From a virus, in the IMG/VR virus record IMGVR_UViG_3300028837_000875, positions 1 to 64,000 of that record: a stretch of DNA of 64,000 bases. The stretch is one strand, 5' to 3'. The translations under genes and the position numbers were made by a program. Under the pieces are notes generated by a model. It saw only the letters and a program-made list of their open reading frames with translations. It was not told the origin of the DNA and did not search any database. The stretch's first letter is position 1. Each line of letters opens with the position of its first letter. Positions 56,451 to 64,000 of the stretch are shown one piece after another.

Positions 56451-57758
56451 TTGATGAAGGACAATCTGGTTATCGGTGGAGGCATATCAGGCCTCATTTT
56501 TTGCTATTACAATCCTGAGTTTTATTTGATTACAGATTCTCTTGGAGGCTTGCTCAAACAAGAGGGTAAATTTGGAGTAATGACTTTATGGGATACTCCA
56601 GAAACTCGAAAGCTCTTAAAAGATTTAGATATTGAAGTCAAGCCGTACAAGGCAGAGATTAGATATTTCTTCAATGGTAAAATTTATGAAGTGGCTCCTG
56701 ACGTTTTGCGTCGTGAATACATTCAAAAAAAGATGGGGCAGCTTGCACACAAAATTGACTTTGCAGATTTGGCTTTGTCTACTGACGAGACGAATTATAT
56801 TCCTGCTCTCAAAGTTGACTTTGATGTGCTCATGGAAAAGTTGCTGCACGAAGTTGAGAGCCGAAAGAATTATATGATAGCTACAATTTCAGAAATTCGA
56901 GATGATTCAATTACTCTTTATGATATGAAGAGTCCTTCAAGAATAATGAAATATAAAACGCTTGTCTCTACTATCCCAGCATTTCTATTTTGGTTGATGT
57001 GGAAAGGACGAGAGTGCAGAGAAGTTTGTGTTCCAGGAGAATTTGCTTTCAGTCCAACTACTACAGTTTCTATGAAAGCTCCTCATAAAAATTTGATTTC
57101 ACTCTTTGATGAAATGAACGGAATGATTCCAGCGTATATCTATTATCTTGATAACTCAAGATTTCATAGATTCTCGCACAGCTCTCAAGGCTGTTACGCT
57201 TTTCAGTTTGCAGGAGAGATTTCAAAGGAAGAGATTGCAATATATCTTGAAGTAGATGAATCTGATTTAGAATATCGAGTCGAGAAGATAGGGCAGTTCG
57301 TTACGCACAAGGGTAACATTCCTCCACGCAATATTATGTTTCTTGGAAGGCATGCGCAATGGGATTATAAAGTTAAGGTCCAGGACATTGTGCGTGTCTC
57401 TCGATTCTCTAAGTTCATGCTTGCTGATATGAGGAGCAGGCAATCAAGATTCAATAAGAACTTTATGGACTTCAATTCGCTGAGCTTTGAAGATAGACAG
57501 CGATTGACTGAGAAGTGGATTCTGTATGTGCAGGCAGAGTTGACCGAACTCTTGGACGAAACAAACTGGAAGTTGCATCGGCCTGGAAAGGAGATTGAAA
57601 AGAGCAAGATATTAAATGAGTGGATTGATTCTTTGAAGTTTTTATTAGGTATTGCAGATATTTGGGGCTTTGACAATGCGGAGATATTCAAGGCGTTCCA
57701 CGATAAGAGCGACTTTGTTGAGAAACGTTTTCAGGAGGAAGAGAAGAATGGGAAATGA
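56451..57758 (+). CDS. FAD-dependent oxidoreductase fused to dimeric dUTPase/MazG-like domain
   Basis: IGGGISG, LVSTIP, FLGRHAQWDY; C-terminal ELTELLDETNWK.H..EWID.LKF. Confidence 0.75.
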   Translation: MMKDNLVIGGGISGLIFCYYNPEFYLITDSLGGLLKQEGKFGVMTLWDTPETRKLLKDLDIEVKPYKAEIRYFFNGKIYEVAPDVLRREYIQKKMGQLAHKIDFADLALSTDETNYIPALKVDFDVLMEKLLHEVESRKNYMIATISEIRDDSITLYDMKSPSRIMKYKTLVSTIPAFLFWLMWKGRECREVCVPGEFAFSPTTTVSMKAPHKNLISLFDEMNGMIPAYIYYLDNSRFHRFSHSSQGCYAFQFAGEISKEEIAIYLEVDESDLEYRVEKIGQFVTHKGNIPPRNIMFLGRHAQWDYKVKVQDIVRVSRFSKFMLADMRSRQSRFNKNFMDFNSLSFEDRQRLTEKWILYVQAELTELLDETNWKLHRPGKEIEKSKILNEWIDSLKFLLGIADIWGFDNAEIFKAFHDKSDFVEKRFQEEEKNGK

Positions 57759-58683
57759 GTTTGAGTCAATCACAGAGTTCCATGGCAAGAAAATGTTGAA
57801 TGCATTTCATAAAGGAGAGAAGCCGAAAACAGATTTCAAAGATTCTTCGGATTCTGTTAGAGTTGCTTTGCTTAATTATTCTCCAAGTGTATACGAGGAC
57901 ATGTTCTGGTTCATCATGGGCTCGTATGGAAACGAAGCCAACAAGAGAAAGCAGTTCACTCCTTCAGAGGAAGATATTGAAAAGGTTATTGAAGCTTGCT
58001 TGAATCGTGAAGCAATGCCGTTAGCTCTTGAAATTCCGAAGTTTACTTTCGTAATATGGGGCATTGATAGAATCATCACTCACCAGATAGTCAGAAACAG
58101 AATTGGTGTTGTGTATTCTCAACACTGTACGGGAGACAATGACATACGTCATGTAGATTTTCTCCTGCCACATCGAATGATAGGAGCAAACACAGAGGAC
58201 GAAGTAGATTTCAGGATGCGAGTGAAGGAATGGCATAGAGTTGGCAAGGCACTCTACGCAGAAGGCATTGACGTCCATGGATATTCCATGCAGGACATGA
58301 GGCACATGATGCCGCAGGACGTGGATACGTACGTAATGATGAGTTGTAATTACATGATGCTTCAGAACTTTGTCGGCCGGCGTCTCTGCTCAAATGAGAC
58401 GATGCAGATTCAGCGAGTAGCAGAATTGATTAAAGAGGAAGTGACAAAGGTCTATCCGTTTCTTGGTCGTCATCTAATGAGCAATTGCGATAGAGCAAAG
58501 AGATGTCACTTCAAGAAGAATGGAACAATCTTTGGAGGTTCTGTTTATTATCCTTGCGGCAAGTATCCATGGAGCAGCAAAGAAGCTCCTGACCCGGAGG
58601 CATTCATTCACCCTATGACTTCAGAAGAAATCAGACAGGTAGAGAATCCGGCTTACAGACATTTAGAATCTGAGCAGGATTAG
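57748..58683 (+). CDS. divergent ThyX-like flavin-dependent enzyme
   Basis: FTFVIWGIDRIITHQIVRNRIG..YSQ, QDMRHMMP, FVGRRLC. Confidence 0.75.
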   Translation: MGNEFESITEFHGKKMLNAFHKGEKPKTDFKDSSDSVRVALLNYSPSVYEDMFWFIMGSYGNEANKRKQFTPSEEDIEKVIEACLNREAMPLALEIPKFTFVIWGIDRIITHQIVRNRIGVVYSQHCTGDNDIRHVDFLLPHRMIGANTEDEVDFRMRVKEWHRVGKALYAEGIDVHGYSMQDMRHMMPQDVDTYVMMSCNYMMLQNFVGRRLCSNETMQIQRVAELIKEEVTKVYPFLGRHLMSNCDRAKRCHFKKNGTIFGGSVYYPCGKYPWSSKEAPDPEAFIHPMTSEEIRQVENPAYRHLESEQD

Positions 58684-58825
58684 CTCTATCAGAATCAGAG
58701 CCTCAAATAGGGCAAGAAGCGTCCTAGGACCCTGTCTGAGGCCATTGAATAGATTATCTTAGGTATGATATAGCTGAGGCATATAGTTCTGAAGGACAGC
58801 GTATTATCAAAAGGCTCTGATAGAG
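58684..58825. repeat. intergenic element with terminal inverted repeats
   Basis: CTCTATCAGA..TCAGAGCCT / AGGCTCTGATAGAG; GTCCTAGGAC palindrome. Confidence 0.55.
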
Positions 58826-58835
58826 GATTCAATCC

Positions 58836-59375
58836 ATGATAATTTCAGTAGAAGGACCTGACGGATGTGGAAAGACAAGCTTTGCAAAAGAGCTTGAAAA
58901 GAAAACAGGCTTGCCAATAATCGAGTACAACTTTCAGATTGTTGGAGGCAATAGAAAAGAAGAACTTGCATATATTCAAATGCTTTCGTTTGTTGCCATC
59001 TCTTTTCATTTTAATTTCATCCGTGATAGGCATCTAATGTCTAATATGGTTTATGCATCTATATTTTCTGATGATTGTTATTGGCGTAAATATCTTGAGC
59101 TAATAGAAAGGACTCAAATACTCATTGCATATATTCACGTTCCAGCAGAAGAATTGATTAAGAGAATCAAGCAGCGTGAAGCAAGTGATGGAATTAAAGA
59201 GCCTGAAGATATACTTCTAAACTTGTTGGTGGCACATGAAAGTTTTGAAACTGCTTATTTTGAAATCAAGAAAAGATTTCCAGAGAAGATAATCAAACTT
59301 GATGGCTTGCTGACAATTGAGGATATGGTCAGTGATTATTTCAAGAAAAGACTCCAGCAAGAAAGGCAAACATGA
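58836..59375 (+). CDS. deoxynucleoside monophosphate (thymidylate-type) kinase
   Basis: ISVEGPDGCGKTS, DRHLMSNMVY, RIKQR. Confidence 0.85.
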   Translation: MIISVEGPDGCGKTSFAKELEKKTGLPIIEYNFQIVGGNRKEELAYIQMLSFVAISFHFNFIRDRHLMSNMVYASIFSDDCYWRKYLELIERTQILIAYIHVPAEELIKRIKQREASDGIKEPEDILLNLLVAHESFETAYFEIKKRFPEKIIKLDGLLTIEDMVSDYFKKRLQQERQT

Positions 59376-60427
59376 AACCTTATACTGAAAAGAAATTCGA
59401 GAAAATCTTTCCTTGGTTTGAAGCAATCAATCTTGATTTGCTGAAGGCACCAGTTGCAGTAAGACTTTTGGTGACAGATAAGTGCGCTTGCAAATGTCAC
59501 ATGTGTACGCACTGGAAGATGAAAAAGTTTTACTCGCTCGATTATAAAACGTTCAGTTCAATTGTGCTTGCTTGTCAGAACAATGGAACTCAATCTATGT
59601 TTCTTTCAGGAGGAGATGTCTTTTCTTGGGAGTGCTGGGAAAGATTTTTGAAAGATGAAGAAATTACAATTGCTGCTCTGACTGTTACGCCATTGATAAT
59701 TCCAAAAAGCTTTGACAAAGATTTGCTCAAGAGACTCAAATGGCTACGAGTTTCTTTTGATGCAATCAAGAGTGAAACGTTCAAAAAAATCAGAGGCGTA
59801 AACGCGTTGTCATCTGTAAAGCATGACTTGTCTTATATCCTCGCTAACAAATTGGTAGAGGATATCGGCATGACAACTGTTTTGCAGAAGGATAATTTTT
59901 CAGAGATTATAGAGATGGGTGAATACTTCGTTAACTTGGGCATCAAGAGATGGATAGTTCAGCCAGTCAATTATAATCCAAGGCTCAGCTTAACTCCTGA
60001 AGCAATACAAATGCTTGGCTATCAGTTGAGCAAGAAGTTTGGTGAAGCCATACCAACAAACAATTTCGATGTCCTTCAAAGCGATTTCAGTCTTTGGAAT
60101 TCTACTCACAATCTGCCTTGCATAATTCCGCGCATGGAAGCATTCATTGATACAAGACTCAGGGTATGGCCTTGCTGCAATCTTGCTCAAGATGCGCACG
60201 GAGATGAAGAAAGAGCAGAGAGATTGAAAATGGGTACGTTTATACAAGGCGCAAGTGCCGGTGAATATTTCCTTGAGCTTTGGCGTGAACGTAGAAATCT
60301 GCTCGATAAATTTACTGACTTCAAAGACATTCATCCTTTATGCAAGCAGACATGTAAGTTCAAATACTTCTACTATAATCTTGGCTTTGATTGGTGCAGA
60401 AAAAACAGAGAAGCTATTTATATTTGA
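59372..60427 (+). CDS. radical SAM protein with SPASM/Twitch-like C-terminus
   Basis: CACKCHMC, LSGGD, VSFDA, PC..WPCC..CKQTC. Confidence 0.9.
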   Translation: MKPYTEKKFEKIFPWFEAINLDLLKAPVAVRLLVTDKCACKCHMCTHWKMKKFYSLDYKTFSSIVLACQNNGTQSMFLSGGDVFSWECWERFLKDEEITIAALTVTPLIIPKSFDKDLLKRLKWLRVSFDAIKSETFKKIRGVNALSSVKHDLSYILANKLVEDIGMTTVLQKDNFSEIIEMGEYFVNLGIKRWIVQPVNYNPRLSLTPEAIQMLGYQLSKKFGEAIPTNNFDVLQSDFSLWNSTHNLPCIIPRMEAFIDTRLRVWPCCNLAQDAHGDEERAERLKMGTFIQGASAGEYFLELWRERRNLLDKFTDFKDIHPLCKQTCKFKYFYYNLGFDWCRKNREAIYI

Positions 60428-60438
60428 TAGGATGTAAT

Positions 60439-61053
60439 GTGCCTCAAATTTCAGAAAGAATGCTGATTAGGAAACACCGATTTCATTTGGAGCGTTCTAT
60501 TCAAGAATGTTCAGAGTGCAGCATACATAGAAACGAAGAGAATATACAATCCAAATCTATGGGTAATGGCAATTGCTATGACCCTGATATTTTTTTCATA
60601 GGCTTAGCTCCTTCTCAGAATAGACGGCCGCTCAAGCAAGATAAGCATGGCAACAAAATTCCTCTAAGAACATTTGAGTATTTAGTAGGTGGAAGATTTA
60701 GAAGATTGCTCAAGAGCTTAGGACTATATGAGAGAAGCTATCTAACAAATCTACTCAAGTGCAGCACTCCTGATAATAGAAAACCAAAACACACAGAAAT
60801 AAAAAATTGCTCAGTATGGTTTCACAAGGAATTCAATATGCTATCTCCCAGAGCCATTGTCCCTTTGGGCAATGTTGCAAGACGTGCTCTCGAAAGAACG
60901 ATGCAAATGACAGATGACAACAGAGGATTTTTATTTGGCGTAGAGGTAATCGTCATCAATTGCTTTCATCCGAATTATTGTTATAGCTATGGTGGAATAA
61001 CTGAGGAACGTTATGCCGAGCTATTATTAAAAGTAGAGAAAGAGTTAGAGTGA
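60439..61053 (+). CDS. uracil-DNA glycosylase superfamily protein (family 4/5, Fe-S type)
   Basis: CSEC, IGLAP, YLTNLLKC..NRKP..EIKNC, LGNVA, HPNY. Confidence 0.85.
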   Translation: MPQISERMLIRKHRFHLERSIQECSECSIHRNEENIQSKSMGNGNCYDPDIFFIGLAPSQNRRPLKQDKHGNKIPLRTFEYLVGGRFRRLLKSLGLYERSYLTNLLKCSTPDNRKPKHTEIKNCSVWFHKEFNMLSPRAIVPLGNVARRALERTMQMTDDNRGFLFGVEVIVINCFHPNYCYSYGGITEERYAELLLKVEKELE

Positions 61054-64000
61054 AAAGATTTCCTAAAAAGTTAGACATGACCATTCCGGAATATGAAGAG
61101 GATAAACATCTGTATACACCCATTCATGTTCATTCTTCGTATTCTCTTTTTGATTCAGTCAGCACAATCATGGAGATTCCAGAAGTTGCCAAGAAGCTTG
61201 GAATGAAAGCTGTCTCTTTATCTGACCATGGAACAATGAGCGGTACGTTTTCTTTTGTCGAGCATTGCAAAAGTAGTGGAGTTAAACCAATTGTAGGCTG
61301 TGAGTTCTATGTCAATCCAAGAAGATTAAAAAAAGATAAAGATGCAAACAACCAACACTTGTGTTTGTTTGCAATGAACATGGAAGGATGGAAGAATCTA
61401 CTCAAGATAACTTATGACGCAGTTACTAATGGATTCTACTTCAGGCCAAGAACAGATTTGGATTTTATAGCTGAGCATTCGGAAGGACTCATTTGCACTA
61501 CTGCTTGCATGGCCTCGCCAATCATCAAGCCGTTTCTCGATGATAATAAAAAGCAAGCTCTAAACAACTTGAAAAAGTTGAAAGAAGTTTTTGGAGATAG
61601 GCTGTACATAGAATTTCAATTCAACGAATTGGATATTCAAAAAAAGATTGTAGACTGGCTTGAATTTATTACCAAACGCTTTGGTCTCAAATCTTTGTAT
61701 GGACTTGATTCTCATTACACGTATCCGAATGATGTGTATCTGCAAGATATTATAAAACTCAATAGAAGAAAGATGACTGTATATGATGCCAATTGGCAGG
61801 AGGCGATTTTTGATATACGTAGACTTTTTATTAAGCCGTTTCAAGTGGCTCTCGACGAACCTGAGGAACTGGGATTCAAAGTAACCAAACAACGAGTTCG
61901 GTCACTTTTAGAAACAACTAATGAGCTTGCAGGTAGAATTCATTTTGAGTTTGAATTAGGATTGCACGCACCTGTTTATGAGCATCGTGGCAAAGCGGTA
62001 GACCAAGCCAAGTTTTTGAAGCTTCAAATTCAACGCGGCTTCTTGAAGAAAATCAAACAAGGTATGATTCCAAAAGGACAAGAGGAAGCTTATAGAAAAA
62101 GAACATGGTATGAATATGAGCAGATACTTAAATGCGGTTATCCAAATTATTTCTTAATGATTTGGGATATGGTTCGCGTTGCTGTAAGGCGTGGAATACA
62201 AAAGGGCATAGGCAGAGGCAGTGCTTCTGGTTCGCTTGTGTCTTTTGTTCTTGATATAAGCGGAGTGGACCCCATCAAACATGGCTTGCTCTTCGAGAGA
62301 TTTCTTGACGTAGAAAGAAAAGACCCACCAGATATAGATTTAGACTGGGAATCAGAACGCAGAAATGAGATTGAAGATTATCTTGTCGAGAAGTATGGAA
62401 AAGAAAAAGTAGCTCATGTTGCAACGTTCAGTTATTGGGGAACAAAGTCTGCTCTCAGTGAAGTATTCAAAACGCTTGGAGAAGATGGAAGTCCTATCTT
62501 CGAGATGTCAAAATGGATTCGTTCTGATGAAAAAGACATTCGATATGCAAAGCATGTTGATGATGCTATTGAATGGCTGAGAAAATATTGTCCGAAAAAT
62601 GAAGTGATAGATTTAGTTGATAGACAAATGGAACTGGGCGTACCGCTTGCAAAGCGGCTGGTTGATAATGTGCGTCATGTAGGTTTGCACGCCGGAGGAA
62701 TTGTCGTCTCTCCTAAGCCGATATGGGAATACATTCCAGTGATTCAGCATAAAGGAAAAATTGTAACTGGTTTTCCTCAGAGTTCAGAAATACGAAGAGG
62801 AGAATGGGGAACGCTTGAGAAAATAGGATTGATAAAGATTGATAATCTTGGAGTCAATTCAGTCTCTACAATTAAAGCAACACTTCTCTTGATAAAAGAG
62901 AGGCATGACTTAGATTTGTTTGAGCATATATGGAAAGTTGAGTTAGATGATTCTGAGGTATATCGTTTTTATGCTGAGTGTTTTACGGAAGGTGTATTTC
63001 AAGTAGAGTCAGATAGCATAAACAATTTTATCAGAAGATTGAAGCCAAGCAATTTCAGTGACATCTGTGCTCTTATGGCTTTGTATAGACCAGGTAGTTT
63101 GCAATCAGGAGAATCAGAACGCTTTATAAAGCGCAAGGCTGGAAAAGAGAAGATTGAATATGTACATCCAAAGCTCAAGAAATATCTTGAGGATACGTAT
63201 GGGTGTTTTGTTTATCAAGAGCAGCTAATGTTTATCATGCAAGAGCTGGCTGGCTTTGGAAAAGGAGAAGTTCTACGCAAGATGAAACTTCTCAAGCAAG
63301 CATATGATGTCAACAATGTAGATGTGCTTGCAATGGTAAAGCGATTGAGAGAGGAATTGATAAGGCTTTCTAACTTTACAGAAAAGCAAGCAGATGAATT
63401 AACTGAAATGATGCGCAAGTGTTATGCGTATATCTTCAACAAATCTCACGCGACTTCTTATGCGTTCTTCTCATACCAAATGATGTGGCTTAAAGTACAT
63501 TATCCTATTGAGTTCTTTTGTGGATTGCTTTCTCGCACGGAGAATCAAATCACAGAATTGAAAGGTGGTGCAATCAAGTTAAAAATTAAGAAGTATATCT
63601 CCGCAGCAAAAAAGCTTGGCATCACAGTTCTTCCTCCAAAGTTTGGAGTATCTGGAAGTGAATTCAAAATTATAGATGACAGCACAATTGTTGCTGGTAC
63701 TCGCATCATAGTTGGCATCGGCAAATCAGCGGCAGAGCTTGACAAGACTGTGGATGATTCCTGCTTTGAGGATTTTGTCTGCAATGAAAATATACAGTGG
63801 CAGAAACTCAACAAAAGTAAAGTTGAGAAGCTAATAAAAATTGGCTACTTTGATGATTCAGTAAAGACAAGAAAGAGCATCACCAAAAAACAATTAGTAC
63901 ATGCATGGAAGCTTTACAACGAGAGAAAGAAAAAGAAATGTGAAAGAGATACGATAGTAGAAGCAATCAAAGAATCAGTCAAGATAGTTGAAGGAGAATA
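61050..64000 (+). CDS. dnaE: DNA polymerase III alpha subunit (3' end beyond window)
   Basis: GTG 61050; PHP HVHSSYSLFDS, SDHG; GRGSASGSLV, FERFL, PPDIDLD, FNKSHA; absent from ORF track, consistent with no stop inside the window. Confidence 0.92.
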   Translation, partial: MKRFPKKLDMTIPEYEEDKHLYTPIHVHSSYSLFDSVSTIMEIPEVAKKLGMKAVSLSDHGTMSGTFSFVEHCKSSGVKPIVGCEFYVNPRRLKKDKDANNQHLCLFAMNMEGWKNLLKITYDAVTNGFYFRPRTDLDFIAEHSEGLICTTACMASPIIKPFLDDNKKQALNNLKKLKEVFGDRLYIEFQFNELDIQKKIVDWLEFITKRFGLKSLYGLDSHYTYPNDVYLQDIIKLNRRKMTVYDANWQEAIFDIRRLFIKPFQVALDEPEELGFKVTKQRVRSLLETTNELAGRIHFEFELGLHAPVYEHRGKAVDQAKFLKLQIQRGFLKKIKQGMIPKGQEEAYRKRTWYEYEQILKCGYPNYFLMIWDMVRVAVRRGIQKGIGRGSASGSLVSFVLDISGVDPIKHGLLFERFLDVERKDPPDIDLDWESERRNEIEDYLVEKYGKEKVAHVATFSYWGTKSALSEVFKTLGEDGSPIFEMSKWIRSDEKDIRYAKHVDDAIEWLRKYCPKNEVIDLVDRQMELGVPLAKRLVDNVRHVGLHAGGIVVSPKPIWEYIPVIQHKGKIVTGFPQSSEIRRGEWGTLEKIGLIKIDNLGVNSVSTIKATLLLIKERHDLDLFEHIWKVELDDSEVYRFYAECFTEGVFQVESDSINNFIRRLKPSNFSDICALMALYRPGSLQSGESERFIKRKAGKEKIEYVHPKLKKYLEDTYGCFVYQEQLMFIMQELAGFGKGEVLRKMKLLKQAYDVNNVDVLAMVKRLREELIRLSNFTEKQADELTEMMRKCYAYIFNKSHATSYAFFSYQMMWLKVHYPIEFFCGLLSRTENQITELKGGAIKLKIKKYISAAKKLGITVLPPKFGVSGSEFKIIDDSTIVAGTRIIVGIGKSAAELDKTVDDSCFEDFVCNENIQWQKLNKSKVEKLIKIGYFDDSVKTRKSITKKQLVHAWKLYNERKKKKCERDTIVEAIKESVKIVEGE

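Noticed and set aside
56451-61053. Uracil-substituted genome
   Set aside because: The phage encodes ThyA, a dUTPase-like domain and a UDG-family enzyme, all of which work against uracil in DNA.
835-63814. Numerous minus-strand ORFs in the six-frame track
   Set aside because: They lie antisense to well-supported + strand genes and show no recognisable motifs; treated as shadow ORFs.
1-64000. Alternative genetic code
   Set aside because: Genes are full length in the standard bacterial code and TAA, TAG and TGA all serve as stops at tightly coupled junctions.
44302-64000. Inteins or introns in DnaB, primase or DnaE
   Set aside because: Lengths and motif spacing look normal; no splice-junction or LAGLIDADG motifs noticed.

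Overview
The 64 kb window is a segment of a tailed dsDNA bacteriophage (siphovirus-type morphogenesis genes) with essentially every gene on the + strand. A sigma70-type promoter, Shine-Dalgarno sites and DnaB/DnaG/DnaE genes indicate a bacterial host; no integrase, repressor, tRNA or CRISPR array was seen. Gene order: (1-7.8 kb) small accessory genes plus a nucleotide/ADP-ribose block (DUF488-like, macrodomain, two ThyA-family paralogs flanking an ADP-ribosyltransferase-fold gene, MazG); (8-41 kb) terminase, portal, MuF-metallopeptidase, homing endonuclease, a 1335-aa multidomain DNA ligase inside the head module, protease/scaffold, capsid, neck, tail tube, chaperones, tape measure, many tail-tip genes, holin-like genes; (41-47 kb) SF2 helicase, initiator, DnaC-like loader, DnaB, HNH, primase; (47-56 kb) early promoter, small genes, DUF3150-like/Ycf46-like AAA/DUF1257/DUF2997 module, sigma-like factor, histone-like protein; (56-64 kb) flavoprotein-dUTPase fusion, non-canonical ThyX, dNMP kinase, radical SAM, UDG-family gene and DnaE (runs off the window). 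Most notable: a candidate undescribed pyrimidine-modification pathway (three thymidylate-synthase-like genes, two with altered active-site motifs), a predicted -1 frameshift fusing portal to the MuF-metallopeptidase, and the ligase/phosphoesterase protein in the head module. All family assignments come from motif recognition by eye, not database searches.
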